Source of the DNA: Mobula hypostoma
Lineage: Eukaryota
Reading direction: 5' to 3'
Length of the DNA stretch: 64,000 nucleotides
Assembly: GCF_963921235.1 (NCBI RefSeq)
Contig: NC_086097.1
Coordinates: 183,398,001 to 183,462,000 of the forward strand
The translations under genes and the position numbers were made by a program. A model generated the notes under the pieces. The model was not told the DNA's origin and did not search any database. It saw only the letters and a program-made list of their open reading frames with translations. Each line of letters opens with the position of its first letter. The stretch's first letter is position 1. This document shows positions 35,726 through 48,600 of this stretch, piece after piece.

Positions 35726-36404
35726 AGAGGATAAAATGGATCAGCTCATGATAAAATGGTGGAGCAGACTCGATGGGCCGAATGGCCTACTTCTGCTCCT
35801 TTGTCTTATGGTCTTATGGTCTTAATTTATGCTTTTTAAGTTGATTACCACCCCACATTTTTTCAAATGATCCCTTTTAAAATCTGCATTCCATACACTC
35901 CAGGTCCTCCATTAACAACACCTTGACTATATTTTATCTGGGTCTGACAGTTTAATGATTTCATAGTAGGCACTGAGAGAAGAAATAACCCTAAACATTC
36001 TCTGTTCTCATTCTTCATCCTTTGAAACTCTTACAGATCAATCAGCAATGACAAACACATAATGTTGTGCCCCATCTAATTAAATTACTAATCAAATGCT
36101 CAACTAACTTATACCTTCTGCCTACGCAATGTACTTACCTTCCATTACTTGCCCACCCATGTGCCTAACAGCCTCTTGAACACTTTAGTTGTATTTGTAC
36201 CATCATTCCAGGCATTCATCACTTTTCTGTTTTAAAAAAAAATATCCCTGCATATCCCTTTTGAACATACTGTACCCCCATTCCTGTTAAAATCATGCTT
36301 TCTGGTATTAAGGCATATCAATCCTTACAGACTGTGCTGGAATTGAACTCCAGAACACCCTGAGCTGTAATATCACCTTAACCCATACGCTACCGTGTTG
36401 TCCA

Positions 36405-37510
36405 AGATGGGCAAATCCCCAGGGTCTGACCAAGTGCTCCCCAGAACATGCAGGAGGCCAGGGAAAATTGTGGAGGCCCTTGTAGAGGTATTAGCCACTG
36501 GTGAAGTTCCAGAAGACTGAAGGGTGAGAAATGTTGTTCCATTGTTTCAAGAAGGGTAGTGAGGACAACCCAGGGAACTGCAAGCCTTGTAGTACAAGCC
36601 AGGGAACTTGACTTGTAGGGAAGCTACTGGGGGGATTTCTGAGGGGCAAGATCGATCATCACTTAAATAGTCAAAGCCTGGTCAGTAATAGTTAGCATGG
36701 CTTTGTGCATTATCTGGTGATTCCTTTTGGAGTTTTTGGAAGAGGTACCGAAGGGGATAGATGAAGGCAAGGCAGTGGATCTTATCTGTGTGTACTTTAG
36801 TTAGGCCTTTGACAGGGTCCCACATGGCAGAATGATTTGTAAGATTAGGTTGCATGGAATTCAGGGGAGCTGGTGAGGAAAATTCAGAATGGAGGCCTGT
36901 GACTGGTGGAGGTGTCCCAGGGGTCAGTGTTGGAACCTCTGTTATTCATTATTTATGCAAATGATTTGGGTGTTAATGCACATGGCATGATCAGTGAGTT
37001 TGCTGTTCATATTAAATTACTGGGTGTTGTTGATAGTGAAGTAGGTTAAGTCAGGCTGAGAAATAGCAAATGGATTTCAACTTGGATAAGCATGTGGTGA
37101 GGCATTTTGGACATAAAAATCAGGGTAGGGGCTAACAGGGAGGATGCTGTTGTCAGTTTGGATCAGTTGGCACAAAGGGCCTGTTTACGTGCTGTGTTAC
37201 TCTATGCTACTTATAATCTTATAAACCTCTCAGATCTCCTCTCAGTCTAGACCAGTTCAGAGAAAACATCCTGTAAACCTCATCTTCACCCTCTCCAAAG
37301 GCTTGACATCCTTCCTAAAACGGGGCAACCAGAATTGAATGCTATGTTTCAGCTGTGGCCTAACTATTGTTGTATACAGCTGCAATATAACTTCCTGACT
37401 CTTGAATTCAGTTCTTCAACTAATAAAAGCAATATGCCTTCTATACCAATAGATGCAGCCATTTTAAGGCAGCTGTGGACTTGCACCTCTAGATTCCTCT
37501 GAATTTTCTT
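36405..37510. mobile_element. Old CR1 fragments (plus ~36405-37210; minus ~37215-37510)
   Basis: Degenerate KSPGSD, AFDRVPH, GVPGVSVG remnants and CR1 tail. Confidence 0.7.
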
Positions 37511-37514
37511 CATT

Positions 37515-37900
37515 AGGAGGAGATGGTGGAAGAGGCAAAAGATTGAAGAAGGAGGAAACTGCCCGGAGAGGACTGTAGATCCTGAAATAAAGGGAAGCAG
37601 GTGGTGAACCAGAGGGAGGATGGGCAGATTGTGAGGGGCCAAAGGAATGAAGGAAAACAAAGTAGAGGTGGGGAAAGAAAAATAGAGAGGAGTGGAAGTT
37701 ACAGAAATTGATATTGATGGTATCAGGTTGGAGACTACAAAGATGGAATATGATGTCTTACTCCACCAACCTGTGCCTGGCTTTAATGTGGCAGTAGAGG
37801 TGGCCGAGAACCCACATGTCAGTGTGGAAATGGGAAGTGGAATTGAAATGAGTGGCCACGGATGATTCTGGCTGTGTGGGTGATGGAAAGAAGGTGACAT
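37515..37900 (-). mobile_element. Penelope-like GIY-YIG C-terminal / 3' fragment
   Basis: Minus strand gives HFN...H..LT...HRLVE*DIIFHLCSLQPDTINI, typical of the Penelope-type endonuclease end, followed by a pyrimidine-rich 3' region. Confidence 0.6.
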
Positions 37901-38514
37901 CAAAAATATTGCAACTTAGTTATTCTGATTAGCTCTATGCTGTCAGAAAAAAATTGCAAAAGAAGTAAGTGAAGAATGTGAATTTTATTATTTTGAAGAG
38001 TTTGTTGATAACAAAATATCTAACAAAAACTGTGAATTCTGTTACTTTACCATCCACAAAGTAAGTATGACTGGTGTAGGTACTGGAAACTTCACTTAGT
38101 AGCAGGGAAGTGCTAGTATCATAAATGGGTTCAGCAAATAATATATTCACAATTTCAACAGTATGGCCTCCATCTGCACTCTGATTTTTTTTAACCATTG
38201 ATTTTAATTGAAAAAAATAGAATTTAATGGACTGCTTATTTTCTTTCACACATTTCATATTGCAATTAAGAACTCCAAGCATTTGCAATGGACTACACTG
38301 GAATGAGAACGAGTGATACAAGCAAAATGCACTAATTTTGGTTAGAAAAATAGCAGGTGGTGATCCTGAATACATAACTGTGCAAGGGGTTGTCAGCTTC
38401 CAAGTTTCAGAAGTTTCATGTTAGAATTCTGAATTTAATTGTCAAATAATTCACAAGTTTACACAGTAACTTCAAAGAATAATGTATGGTATAATAAAGC
38501 TGCACTAAAATGCT

Positions 38515-38851
38515 GAAGCATTGATCGTGTGGATAGTCAGAAGATTTTTCCCAGTGCTGAAATGGTTAGCACAAGATGGCACAGTTTTAAGGTGCTTGGA
38601 AGTAGGTACAGAGGAGATGTCAGGGGTAAGTTTTTTTACGCAGAGAGTGGTGAGTGCATGGAATGGGCCGCTGGCGACAGTGGTGGAGGCGGGTACGATA
38701 GGGTCTTTTAAGAGATTCCTGGACAGATACATGGAGGTCAGAAAAATAGAGGGCTATGGGTAACCCTAGGCAATTTCTAAGGTAAGGACGTGTTCGGCAC
38801 AGCTTTGTGGGCCAAAGGGCCTGTATTGTGCTGTAGGTTTTCTATGTTTCT
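38515..38851 (+). mobile_element. CR1 3' end
   Basis: FFTQRVVSAWNGPLATVVEAGTIGSFKRFLDRYM; tail tttctatgtttcta. Confidence 0.9.
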
Positions 38852-39615
38852 AAATACCAGTTCACATTCTGAGAATCTGAATTTTGCATTATTTTTAAAA
38901 TAAAAGTCATTAAATATCAGTAGGTGAGGAAAAATCTTATGAAATTGCTGGATAGTTATAAAACACAAATGGATTATTATTTATCTTCTGGAAGGAAATC
39001 TGCTATCCTTACCCAGACTGGTAAACACACCAAACAATACACCACACTGATGCCATTGTTAATTGCCCTCTGAAGTAAATCCATTGGCTGAGTGTAGCTA
39101 CCTCTAAGAATCCCCATCTTGAGTGAATTATAGAGGGCTAATAAATGCTAGGCTCTTTCTATGTTGCTTATGTTCAGGTTAATGATCATCTGGCCTCTAT
39201 TAAGGCATACAAAAAATAACTCGAATATTGCACTTACATCATCGATATAGATCTCTTGATATGGGGAGGGTGGGGGAAACAAGTTTGTTAACTGCATGTA
39301 TAATCAAATTATGTTTTGATGTGAAGAAAATCAGCAGTATCTTTGCTGTATAAGAAAAATACAAATTTTAGAATGTAAAAATTTGTGCAATATATTGTTG
39401 AACTTTATGATTAACTTTAACACACCTGTTGTATATAAAATTACTATTTAATGAGTTTTAATTAACCTGTTTACATGTAATGTTTTTGGCATAGTAAAAT
39501 GAAAGATGTGTTTGGCAGTGTTATTTTGTAGAGTTCTTAAATTTGTAAGGCTGGACAATTTTCAATCAATGAAATACACCAAATATACTATATGCATAAA
39601 TCAAAAAAATCAGAA

Positions 39616-39735
39616 TTAGCTTCTTCTGTAATTTTCTTCATCTTCCTCATCCTCCTCGTCTTCATCATCATCCTCTTCCTCCTCATCATCGCTGTCGTCA
39701 TCATCTTCAGCCTTTTTAATCCTACATACTTGTTG
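39616..39735 (-). CDS. CIBAR1: CIBAR1/FAM92A last coding exon: QQVCRIKKAEDDDDSDDEEEEDDDEDEEDEEDEENYRRS*
   Basis: Acceptor ttttttttggatatag|, phase 0, 120 nt including TAA. Acidic tail like the human C-terminus (CRLRKDQQAEDDEDDE...). Confidence 0.88.
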   Translation of the reverse strand, partial: QQVCRIKKAEDDDDSDDEEEEDDDEDEEDEEDEENYRRS

Positions 39736-39942
39736 CTATATCCAAAAAAAAATTTAAGATCAAAACATTTAATAACATTATGTCAATATTTTATAATTCA
39801 GCAGTATAGTATTAAATGTTTAGCATTCCTCCTCCAAAACATTCCCATTGTACCATCAAAGGTAATCAAACAAATTGAATTCCAAAAATATTACTTCCTA
39901 AAACGTTAGAATATTAATTTCCCATATTTTCCCTTTTTGTTA

Positions 39943-41775
39943 AGACCATAAGATATAGGGGCCATTTGGGCCATTGAGTCTGCTCTGCTATCTCATCATG
40001 GCTGATCCAATTTTCCTCTCAGCCCCAATCTTCTGCCTTTTCTTCATATCCCTTCATGCCCTGACCATCAAGAATCTATCAACTTCTTTCTTAAATATAC
40101 AGGTACGTAAAGACTCGGCCTCCACAGCTGCCTGTGGCAAAGCATTCACAGAATCACCATTCTCTGGCTAAAGAAATTCCTCCTCATCTCTGTTTTAAAA
40201 GGATGTCCCACTATTTCGAGGCTGTGTCTTCTGGTCTTAGACTCTCCCATCATAGGAAACATCCTTTCCACATCCACTCTATCAAGGCCTTTCACCATTC
40301 GATAGGTTTCAATGAGGTCATCCCTCATTCTTCTGAATTCCTGTGAATACAGGCCCAGAGCCATCAAACACTTTTCATATGACAAGCCATTCAATCTTGG
40401 AATCATTTTCGTGAACCTCCTTTGAATTCTCTGCAGTTTCAGTACATCCTTTCTATCAGTGATGAGCGGTGTGCCCCAGGGGTTGGTGCTGGGCCCACAA
40501 CTATTCACGACATACATTAATGATCTGGAAGAGGGGACCGAGTGTAATGTATCTAAGTTTGCTGATGACACCAAATTGAGCGGAAAAGCAAATTGTGCAG
40601 CGGATATGTCGAGTCTGCAAAGAGATATAGATAGGTTAAATGAGTAGGCAAGGGTCTGGCAGATGGAGTACAATGTTGGTAAATGTGAGGTCATCCACTT
40701 TGGAAGGAAAGATGAAAGAGCAGATTATTATTTAAATGGTAAAAAATTGCAGCATGCTACTGCACAGAGGGACTTGGGAGTGCTTGTACATGAATCACAA
40801 AAGGTTGGTTTGTAGATGCAGCAGGCTATCAAGAGGGCAAATGGAATGTGGGCCTTCATTGCTAGAGGGATTGAATTTAAGAGCAGGGAGGTTATGCTGC
40901 AACTGTACAGGGTACTGGTGAGGCCGCACCTGGGGTACTGCTTGCTGTTCTGGTCTCGTTACTTGAGGAAGGATATACTGGCTTTGGAGGCTGTGCAGAG
41001 GAGGTTCACCAGGTTGATTCTGGAGATGAGGGGGTTAGACTATGAGGAGAGATTGAGTCACCTGGGACTGTACTTGCTGGAATTCAGAAGAATGAGAGAT
41101 CTTCATAGAAACATATAAAGTTATGGAAGGGATAGATAAGATAGAGGCAGGAAAGTTGTTTCCACTGTTAGCTTAAACTAGAACTAGGGGACAGAGCCTC
41201 AAGGTTTGGAGAGTAGGTTTAGGACGGAGATGAGGAACTGCTTTTCTCAAAGAGTGGTGAATCTGTGGAATTCTCTGCCCAATGAAGCAGTGGTGGCTAC
41301 CTCAGTAAATATATTTAAGACAAGGTTGGAAAGATTTTTGCCTAGTAGGGAAATTAAGGGTTATGGGAGAAAGGCAGGTAGGTGGAGATGAGTCCATGGC
41401 CAGATCAGCCAAGATCTTATTGAATGACGGAGCAGCTCGACGGGCCAGATGGCCTAGTCCTGCTCCTATTTCTTATGTTCTTGTGTTCTAAGATAAGGGG
41501 TCCAAAACTGCTCACAATACTCCAAGTGACACCTCACCAGTACTTTATAAAGTCTCAGCATTACGTTCTTGCTTTTATACTCCCAAAATGAATGTTAACA
41601 TTGCATTTGCTTTCCTTACCAGACTCAACCTCCAAATTAACCTATAGGGAATCCTGCACAAGGTCGTCCAAGTCCCTTTACACCTCAGTTTTTTGTATTT
41701 TCTCACCATTTAGAGAATAGTCAACCCTTTCATTTCTTCTATCGAAGTGCATGACCATATACTTCCTGATACTGT
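39943..41775. mobile_element. Minus-strand CR1 interrupted by a plus-strand CR1 (~40455-41490) in the last CIBAR1 intron
   Basis: Host reads acatcctttcta|agataagggg with TTCTA duplicated at both junctions. Insert encodes GVPQGLVLGP...FADDTK and ends in a ttcttatgttcttgtg tail. Confidence 0.88.
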
Positions 41776-43091
41776 TAAGTGGATCAACTGGCTTTAAGCA
41801 GGAGCTATGTGGTGTCTTTAGGTCTATTACAATGCATCATTTCTGCTTGTCGATATGCAATATTTTACCTACTGTATTACTGCAGCTACGAAATCTGGTT
41901 TAAAAATGAATCCCATAAATCTCTTGGATAAATATCCACCACTCATTCAGACCTTCTTTGTAATTTGATGCAAAGATAATAGCATCTTTACTATTATTGT
42001 TAACTGCTCCATTTTCTGATGTTTTAGTAGACTATTGCCAGGAATATTTTGTTCCAAATCATGGTCAGATTAGAGTCAGGTTTCTGCAATGATGATAGCT
42101 TTCCTCTGAAGAAAATATTCTAATTCATTTGCTAATTGTTTCCATCTTGTCTGTGTTTGGCTACAACTTGTTTTAATCGTTTCGGTGCTGAAGCTTTATT
42201 GCTTCATACAAATGTTTCCTTTCTAGAACTATTTATGTTACCTTTATTTACTTAACCTTTACTCTACCTGTGTTTTTTTTATCTTCATTTTCACATACTT
42301 CCTTTCATTAGTTTATTCTTAGTCTAATGCTACCATTGTTTTTATCTCTACTTTCACCTACTTATTACTACTTACTGGTTTATTGAAGTATTATTCATAT
42401 TTTATGCTGAGAGGTATATTTTATTGGTCTGATTTTCAGACAAACTTAAGATTCCATTGCTGGATATACAGATACTTAGGTCAGGTCTACCTTAGAATCA
42501 GAGACTACACTGATTGCAATGGGGGCTGATAGCTTACAGATTATTCTAATTATTTTAATTTAGTTTAACCTTTTTAAATTACTTGTCAGTGACATTCCTG
42601 GCTTTAAGGAGGCACAAGAAACCACAGATACTTGATCCTGCAGAAGTAGCAACTTTCTTTGTGTTTAATGTGATAAACTGATTACCATAAGAAGAATTAT
42701 ATCTTTTTGGAGAGAGAATAAGGCATTCTAATACTGGGTGTAGAATGAACTACAAGATCCTTCAGTTACAAAGTGTTCCCTCTCATTTTTTTTTACAGCT
42801 GCACAGACCAACCATTGCTCTGAAGAGGACATTTTTATATGATGTGAAAACTGTGCGGCTCCTTTGTTTTTGTAATATGCATACGATGAATATTAGTATG
42901 CTATAAATTATTCTTAACGAAGATAAATGCCAAAAGAATTAAAGGGGGTGGGTGATGGGCATATAAAATAAAATAATTTACAGAGGACTGGGATATAAGG
43001 AGAGGGGGAATAAGACTGATGAGATTGCTCAGCTGGGAGTTGTCATGGGCCATACTGCCCCCTGTAGCAGAGCAACCAGAAATGTAAACAG

Positions 43092-43226
43092 TAAGAAGAG
43101 AAAATCTGCGGATACTGGAAATCCAAGCACACACACAACATGCTGGAAGAACTCAGCAAGCCAGGCAGCAGCTGTACAAAAGAGTAAACAGTCCACATTT
43201 TGTGCCAAGGCCCTTCATCAGACTGC
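43092..43226 (-). mobile_element. Single-arm Penelope-like terminus with a decayed hammerhead
   Basis: Homologous to the 28361 and 60938 arms. Minus strand cagtCTGATGAagggccttggcacAAAAtgtggactg (GAAA box mutated). Confidence 0.7.
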
Positions 43227-44101
43227 AAATGTAGCCTTACCAACATCTTGTACAGCTGTAATATAACACTCTGTACTTGATATACTGACAGATGAAGGCA
43301 AGCACCTCAACTACCTTGTTTACCTGTGTCACTAATTTCTAGGAACTGTGTACCTGCAACTCCTCAGTGTCTCTGTTTACAAAGCTTCCTAACTTTTACA
43401 CTCAAGGTACTGATTAATGAAAACAATCTTTGTGTTGCCACTTTCAAGAAGTTGTGGACTTCTACCCCAAGACCCCTTTGTACACCAATGTTCCTGAGGG
43501 TCTAACCATTTATTATATATTTTCCTCTTGCATTTGACCCTCCAGAATGAATCACCTATTACTTGTCAGGAAAAAACATCATCCATCAATTCTCTGCCCA
43601 GATCTCCAGTTGATAACTAGCTATAAACGTTTGACAATCTTCCTCGTTATCTTTGCCAATTTTCGTATTTATAATTATGTTCATCGGGCTGGAGAAAGGA
43701 TATCTAAAAATTTTAGGGCCATGATACAGTGACAAATCCAAATCTTTATTAGATACCAAAATATCTACAGTTCTCTTCATTTTTTGCATTGTATATTCCT
43801 TTTTCCACATATACCATAGTTAACAATAAAATTGTGCATTTGCATTTGCATCTCTGACATCTCACTTAAATTCCTATACAGGAAACTTCTATACAGTCAG
43901 TTCACTCTCTAATTGACTAAGTAATTATAACAACAGAAATTGTTAATACTCTAGTACATCCAATATTTTAACTAATAAAGTATGTGATGTCTTATCTATA
44001 TGCAGAGAAAATAGAAAGCCCAAATTATGTGATTTAAAAAAAAATTGAAGTATTATCTGTTAACTTTGAATGTAAATGTAAAATAGCTGTCTCTCTCCTA
44101 C

Positions 44102-44221
44102 CTTAGAGGTTCCTGACATAGCTAGTGCTGAATTTGTTCCATTCATCGTGTTTGCAGAATTGGCAGACACAATGCTTAGACGTGCTTGATTGTTGTGTAA
44201 ATGAAGCGTGTTTCTGAAAAT
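44102..44221 (-). CDS. CIBAR1: CIBAR1/FAM92A exon: IFRNTLHLHNNQARLSIVSANSANTMNGTNSALAMSGTSK
   Basis: AG/GT flanked (tttggtag| ... AAG|gtagga), 120 nt, phase 0. Aligns with human VFRNSLYAPDYSSRLDIVRANS.... Confidence 0.88.
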
Positions 44222-45294
44222 CTACCAAAGCAGTCCATTAATAGTCTGTGGTAAATGCATATAGAATCTGCACATTCTTGTTACTTTCCAGTGTTAAAAA
44301 TTGTCTGTTTGAAGTATGCTCACAATCAGAAACTAACCAAAGATCCCAAAATATTTTATAATCAAACATTTCACATTTGCTGATTCCAATCCATTTACAC
44401 CTGTTTGATCTGGATTCAGTTCCTGATTGAGGCTGAACTTTGCTGCATCTCTCAGTCTACCTTTTTATTTCTTTCTCCATTTATCACAACTCATCGTGAT
44501 CATCCCATCTTCTCTACCACCATTCCTCTCTTCCATTCTCTTTCAAAACATATTTCCCTGCTTATCCAGTTATATAGGCACAAAATACTTTATAGCAACT
44601 TGCATTTAAATAGGTTGTGATATGAAGCTGAATACTCAACTCCAATAGCTTGTTTTAGTTGTGGTCACTGAAAAAATAGCAATGTTTCTATTGGCATAGA
44701 CTATAAAATTGGGAAAGTTATGTTGAAATGGAGTGGGAAATGCTAAAAGTACACAAGTCAGACATCATCTGCTAAGGAGGAAACAGAATAAATTCCAAAT
44801 TTAGGACTAACCAAGTTTAAGATTGCAGAGGAAATGGTGAAAAATGTATAAGAGAACAATCTATGATGAGATGGAGATCAAGAGAGATTGAATGACAGAT
44901 ATTGATGGCAGAAAAGGCTAATAAATAATGGGCTATATCAGGGAAAGCTATAAATAGAAGGAGGTGAAAAAGAGATGAGTGAAATCTGAGATTACTGATT
45001 ACCAAGGAGACTTGAAAAAATAATGTTAAGCCTCAGCTGGAAAAAAAGGTTAGCCTCAACTGAAGTGTTGCAATTAATCTGGTGTTCTAATTTTAGGGAA
45101 AGTGTAGAAATACTAAAGATGTACTTAAATGGCTCCAGGATGAGTGATTTTGGCTATAATATTATACTGGTAAAAATGGGGATTTTTCTATGAAGAAGAT
45201 TGAAAGGAGATTTGATAAATGCGTACAAGATTCTAACTAGATTTTATACCCTGTTATGTAAAAGCATAACTGACAATTCCTGGCCACTAACTCC

Positions 45295-46495
45295 AGATTT
45301 AAAGATTCAGGTTTATTTATCACATGTGCATCAAAACATACAGTGATATGTGTTGTTTGTGTGAACAACAAACAAATCCTAGAGATAAGTTGAAGCTGCC
45401 CACACATAGCATTCCCATAATGCTTGGCAGAACACAGAACACAACAAGCAACAATAGCAAACAAGCCCCTTGCCTCCCTCCCACCGACCCACGAGTACGG
45501 ACAGTTCTCCAACTCCAGGACAGACCTCCCTTCCACCGATCCACGAGTACGGACAGTTCTCCAGCTCCAGGACAGACCTCCCTTCCACCGACCCACGAGT
45601 ACGGACAATTCTCCAGCTCCAGGACAGACCTCCCTTCCACCGACCCATGAGTACAGACAGTTCTCCAGCTCCAGCCCCAGCCCCTTGCCCCCCTTCTACC
45701 GACCCATGAATACAGACAGTTCTCCAGCTCCAGCCCTTGCCTCCCTTCTACCGACCCATGAGTACGGACAGTTCTCCAGCTCCAGCCCTGGCCCTTTGCC
45801 TCCCTTCTACCGACCCATGAGTACAGACAGTCCTCCAGCTCCAGCCCTTTGCCTCCCTTCTACCGACCCATGAATACAGACAGTTCTCCAGCTCCAGCCC
45901 CTTGCCTCCCTTCCACCGACCCATGAGTACGGACAGTTCTCCAGCTCCAGGACAGACTTCCAGCCACTGGGTTTCAACTTCCAAACTACCAGTTGACCTC
46001 TGGGCTCCAATCTTCAGGATCAACCCTTGGACTAGATAATGATGGGACCCAGAAGTCCAAGCTCAAATTCCAGGTGTGCCGATTGACCAGCCCTCATGCC
46101 TTCTACTCACACTCCTGGTCACTGGCCTTCGAGTGTGGAGCAGATGCCTGGATTGTGGATGTTCTTCATCACCCAACCATGTCAGTGGCCTCTGAATGCT
46201 GAGTGGAGGCCTGAACTGTGAATGTCCTTTGTCACCCGTACACATCGCTGGACTTCGAAAGTGGAGCAGAGGCCTGGACTATGCATGTCCTTCGTTACCA
46301 TCCACATTGCAGAGTGGAGACCTGACTTCCAACTCCTCCACATTCTTGTCCCTAAGCCGTAATATGACCTCTAACTTCCTCACTTTACTGTTCCTAAACC
46401 CTAACCTGACTTCTAACATCCTTCCATCCCCAAAACCATCCGTGCAAACTTAAAAAAAAACTGAGATAAGTCACGCTCTCAACGGAGACCACAGA
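45295..46495 (-). mobile_element. Probable non-autonomous retroelement with Rex1-type 3' tail, hosting a minisatellite
   Basis: Minus-strand 3' end gtgataaataaacctgaatct resembles the tails at 30290 and 56780; no coding homology seen. Confidence 0.5.
45473..45958. repeat. Minisatellite, 9 units of ~50-60 bp (CCTCCCTTCYACCGACCCAYGAGTACRGACAGTTCTCCAGCTCCAG + GACAGA or CCCYTTG variants)
   Basis: Directly visible tandem units with two alternative unit endings. Confidence 0.95.
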
Positions 46496-46582
46496 AAAAA
46501 GGGACAAACAAATGAAATAAAACAAATGTTCTGTGATTTCTTTTTTTGTTATTGTGGGTTATTGGGAAGACTGACATACATT

Positions 46583-46606
46583 TTCTCTCTCTCTCTCTCT
46601 CTCTCC
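46583..46606. repeat. (CT)n microsatellite
   Basis: Visible ctctct run. Confidence 0.9.
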
Positions 46607-47073
46607 CTCCCCTCCTCCCGCTTTCTCCCTACTAACCCACTAGAACGAGAAAACAACAGAACCTTTGTTTTTTTTATTTCATTTGTTTGTCTTTAATTAT
46701 GTGGTTAATATGTCTAGTTAAAAGTGATGAATTGTTAGTCAAGTTTTCACATAACGGGCCATAAAATACATTTTAATTGCCAAATTATATGTTCAATAAT
46801 ACACTGAATTATAGAATCTGAGATTTCCTCAGGTGGATTAGGACTTCCAGTGTGACCAACCTGCTTAATGCAAAATGGAAGGGAAATATGTGATTTAATT
46901 CACATTCACAGAATTTAAAATATCATTCTACCTGATCATAATAAATTGGTTACTATAGAATTTGCTGAAAATTTTACAATTGGCTTGACATATTTTGTTT
47001 CGAAAATGAAAATTATTAGTGGACATTGCCTTCAGGGTACTTCCATTAAAAAAACTTCAAAAATACATCTTAC

Positions 47074-47187
47074 CTCCATATCTGCCTCTTCATCAATATT
47101 CTGTACATGCTGATATGCATTGCTGTAAACTTCCAAAGCTTTTGCATGGAAAGCCATTTCAATTGTAATTAAATCTCCAAAAATCTT
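47074..47187 (-). CDS. CIBAR1: CIBAR1/FAM92A exon: KIFGDLITIEMAFHAKALEVYSNAYQHVQNIDEEADME
   Basis: AG| ... GAG|gtaaga, 114 nt, phase 0. Strongly similar to human TIFSEFITIEMLFHGKALEVYTAAYQNIQNIDEDEDLE (BAR domain). Confidence 0.95.
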
Positions 47188-47333
47188 CTATTTTAAGTAG
47201 AACAAAAGAAGCTTACTTTGAACATATGAGAACCTCACATGATAAAACAATTGAATTTTGCCATTTGTAATACATGTTACAAAACTTTTGTTTGCAAAAC
47301 TTAATTTTGTCATATCTCAAACATTTCACATAA

Positions 47334-47597
47334 AGTGGTTGCGCAGTTGGCGTAATGCATTCACAATGCCAGCAACCCAGGTTCAATTCCACCGCTGTGT
47401 GCATGTCTGTAAGGAGTTTGTATGTTCTCTCCATGACTGCATGGGTTTCTCCTGGGTGTTCTGGTTTCTTCCTACGTTTCAGAGACATGCAGGATTAGTA
47501 GGTTAATTGGTCACGTGAGCAGAATTGGTCAGCATAGGTTCTTTATGCGGGAAGGGCCTGTTACTACCCTGTATCTCCAAATAGATAAATAATAAAT
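47334..47597 (+). mobile_element. tRNA-derived V-SINE (HE1-like)
   Basis: A/B boxes (ggttcaattcc), V-domain gtaaggagtttgtatgttctctccatgactgcatgggtttctcctggg, LINE-like tail gggcctgttactaccctgtatct plus A-rich end. Confidence 0.85.
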
Positions 47598-47699
47598 GGC
47601 CGTTAGTTAAATATCACTTCATTATGATGAGTTTCATAGATTTTTTGCAAGTAATTTTTTATGTTATATTTAATTTTGACCAAATAGCCTCCTACTTCA

Positions 47700-47990
47700 C
47701 CTTGCCTGCTGCTACAGTGTCTGGGAGCTGGGTTCAATCCTGATCTCTGGTACTGTCTGTATGGAGTCTGCATGCTCTCGTAGTGACCACATGGAATTTC
47801 CCCTGGTGCTCCTGCTTCTCCCCAATTCCAAGATCTGCTGGGTATAACTTACTCTCAAAGGTGGGTGGCAGGAGCTCAACATGGAAGAGTGATCAACAGG
47901 CATATTTTAGGGAATAGAACTGATGGGAATGCTCTAGGATGGGACATAGGTCTGATGGGCCAAATAGACTATTAAATTGTAAGCAAATGT
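47700..47990 (+). mobile_element. Older V-SINE copy
   Basis: gggttcaatcctg B box, tgtctgtatggagtctgcatgctct V-domain, gatgggccaaat tail. Confidence 0.7.
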
Positions 47991-48600
47991 AAGAATAACA
48001 ATACTATAAGATTGGGAATTTTTACAAAGGGTTTATGGTGTTGTACAGATTAATGTGGTCAACATTTATTGCAGTCATTTGGACACCGACTGGTACTGTG
48101 AACTCCATTCATCACACATGTTTGGGACTGGTGCTGCTAGACATGGATATTTCTGGACTACTGGAAGTTATTCTATTAATACTCACTTTTTACATTCACT
48201 TTTTAATATTTTACATAAATCTTGCAGTAAAGCTGACAACTTTCAAGGGAACATGAGAAACAGAAACAGGGAGTAAGAGCAACTAAAGCTGCATAGTTCC
48301 CATGCTTCCTTTAAACTCACCTGGTTTTAAGGTGGTTCAGAAATAGGGACCTGTGTCTAAAGCACCCAGTGAGTAAAACCACTGGGATTTTCAAATAGTT
48401 GGATAAGAGAGCATCCAAGTTTTGCTGTAATTGCTGTAACAAACCTACCTACAGAAGGGTCTTATGTAGTCAAAGAGATGAACAATTATAAATCAAGAAA
48501 TAATTGCTGTAGAAATATTCTGTAAGATTTTCCTGATAATTATCTAATCTATTGTTTGCGCAAGATGAACAAACGTGCAAGAATCATTTCTATATTCTAC

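Larger units (their letters stand above)
31452..35824 (+). mobile_element. Full-length, nearly intact CR1 LINE
   Basis: CpG-rich 5'UTR, ORF1, ORF2, and (cttatggt)n tail ending ~35824. Confidence 0.95.

Noticed and set aside
4400..39000. Copine (CPNE1/CPNE3) exons downstream of the RBM12-family exon, as in the RBM12-CPNE1 shared-promoter arrangement
   Set aside because: No copine C2/vWA coding exons recognised. Acceptor-like sites near 6869, 10729 and 14420 are not followed by recognisable coding sequence.
39592..39909. Plus-strand 105-aa hydrophobic, membrane-like ORF
   Set aside because: It is the antisense shadow of the D/E-rich last CIBAR1 exon.
42430..42900. Plus-strand acceptor/donor-like sites suggesting antisense exons within CIBAR1
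   Set aside because: Splice-like motifs are common in AT-rich DNA; no coding or other support.
45237..46023. Cluster of repetitive ORFs / CRISPR-like array
   Set aside because: Head-to-tail minisatellite without unique spacers in a vertebrate intron; the ORFs are by-products of the repeat.
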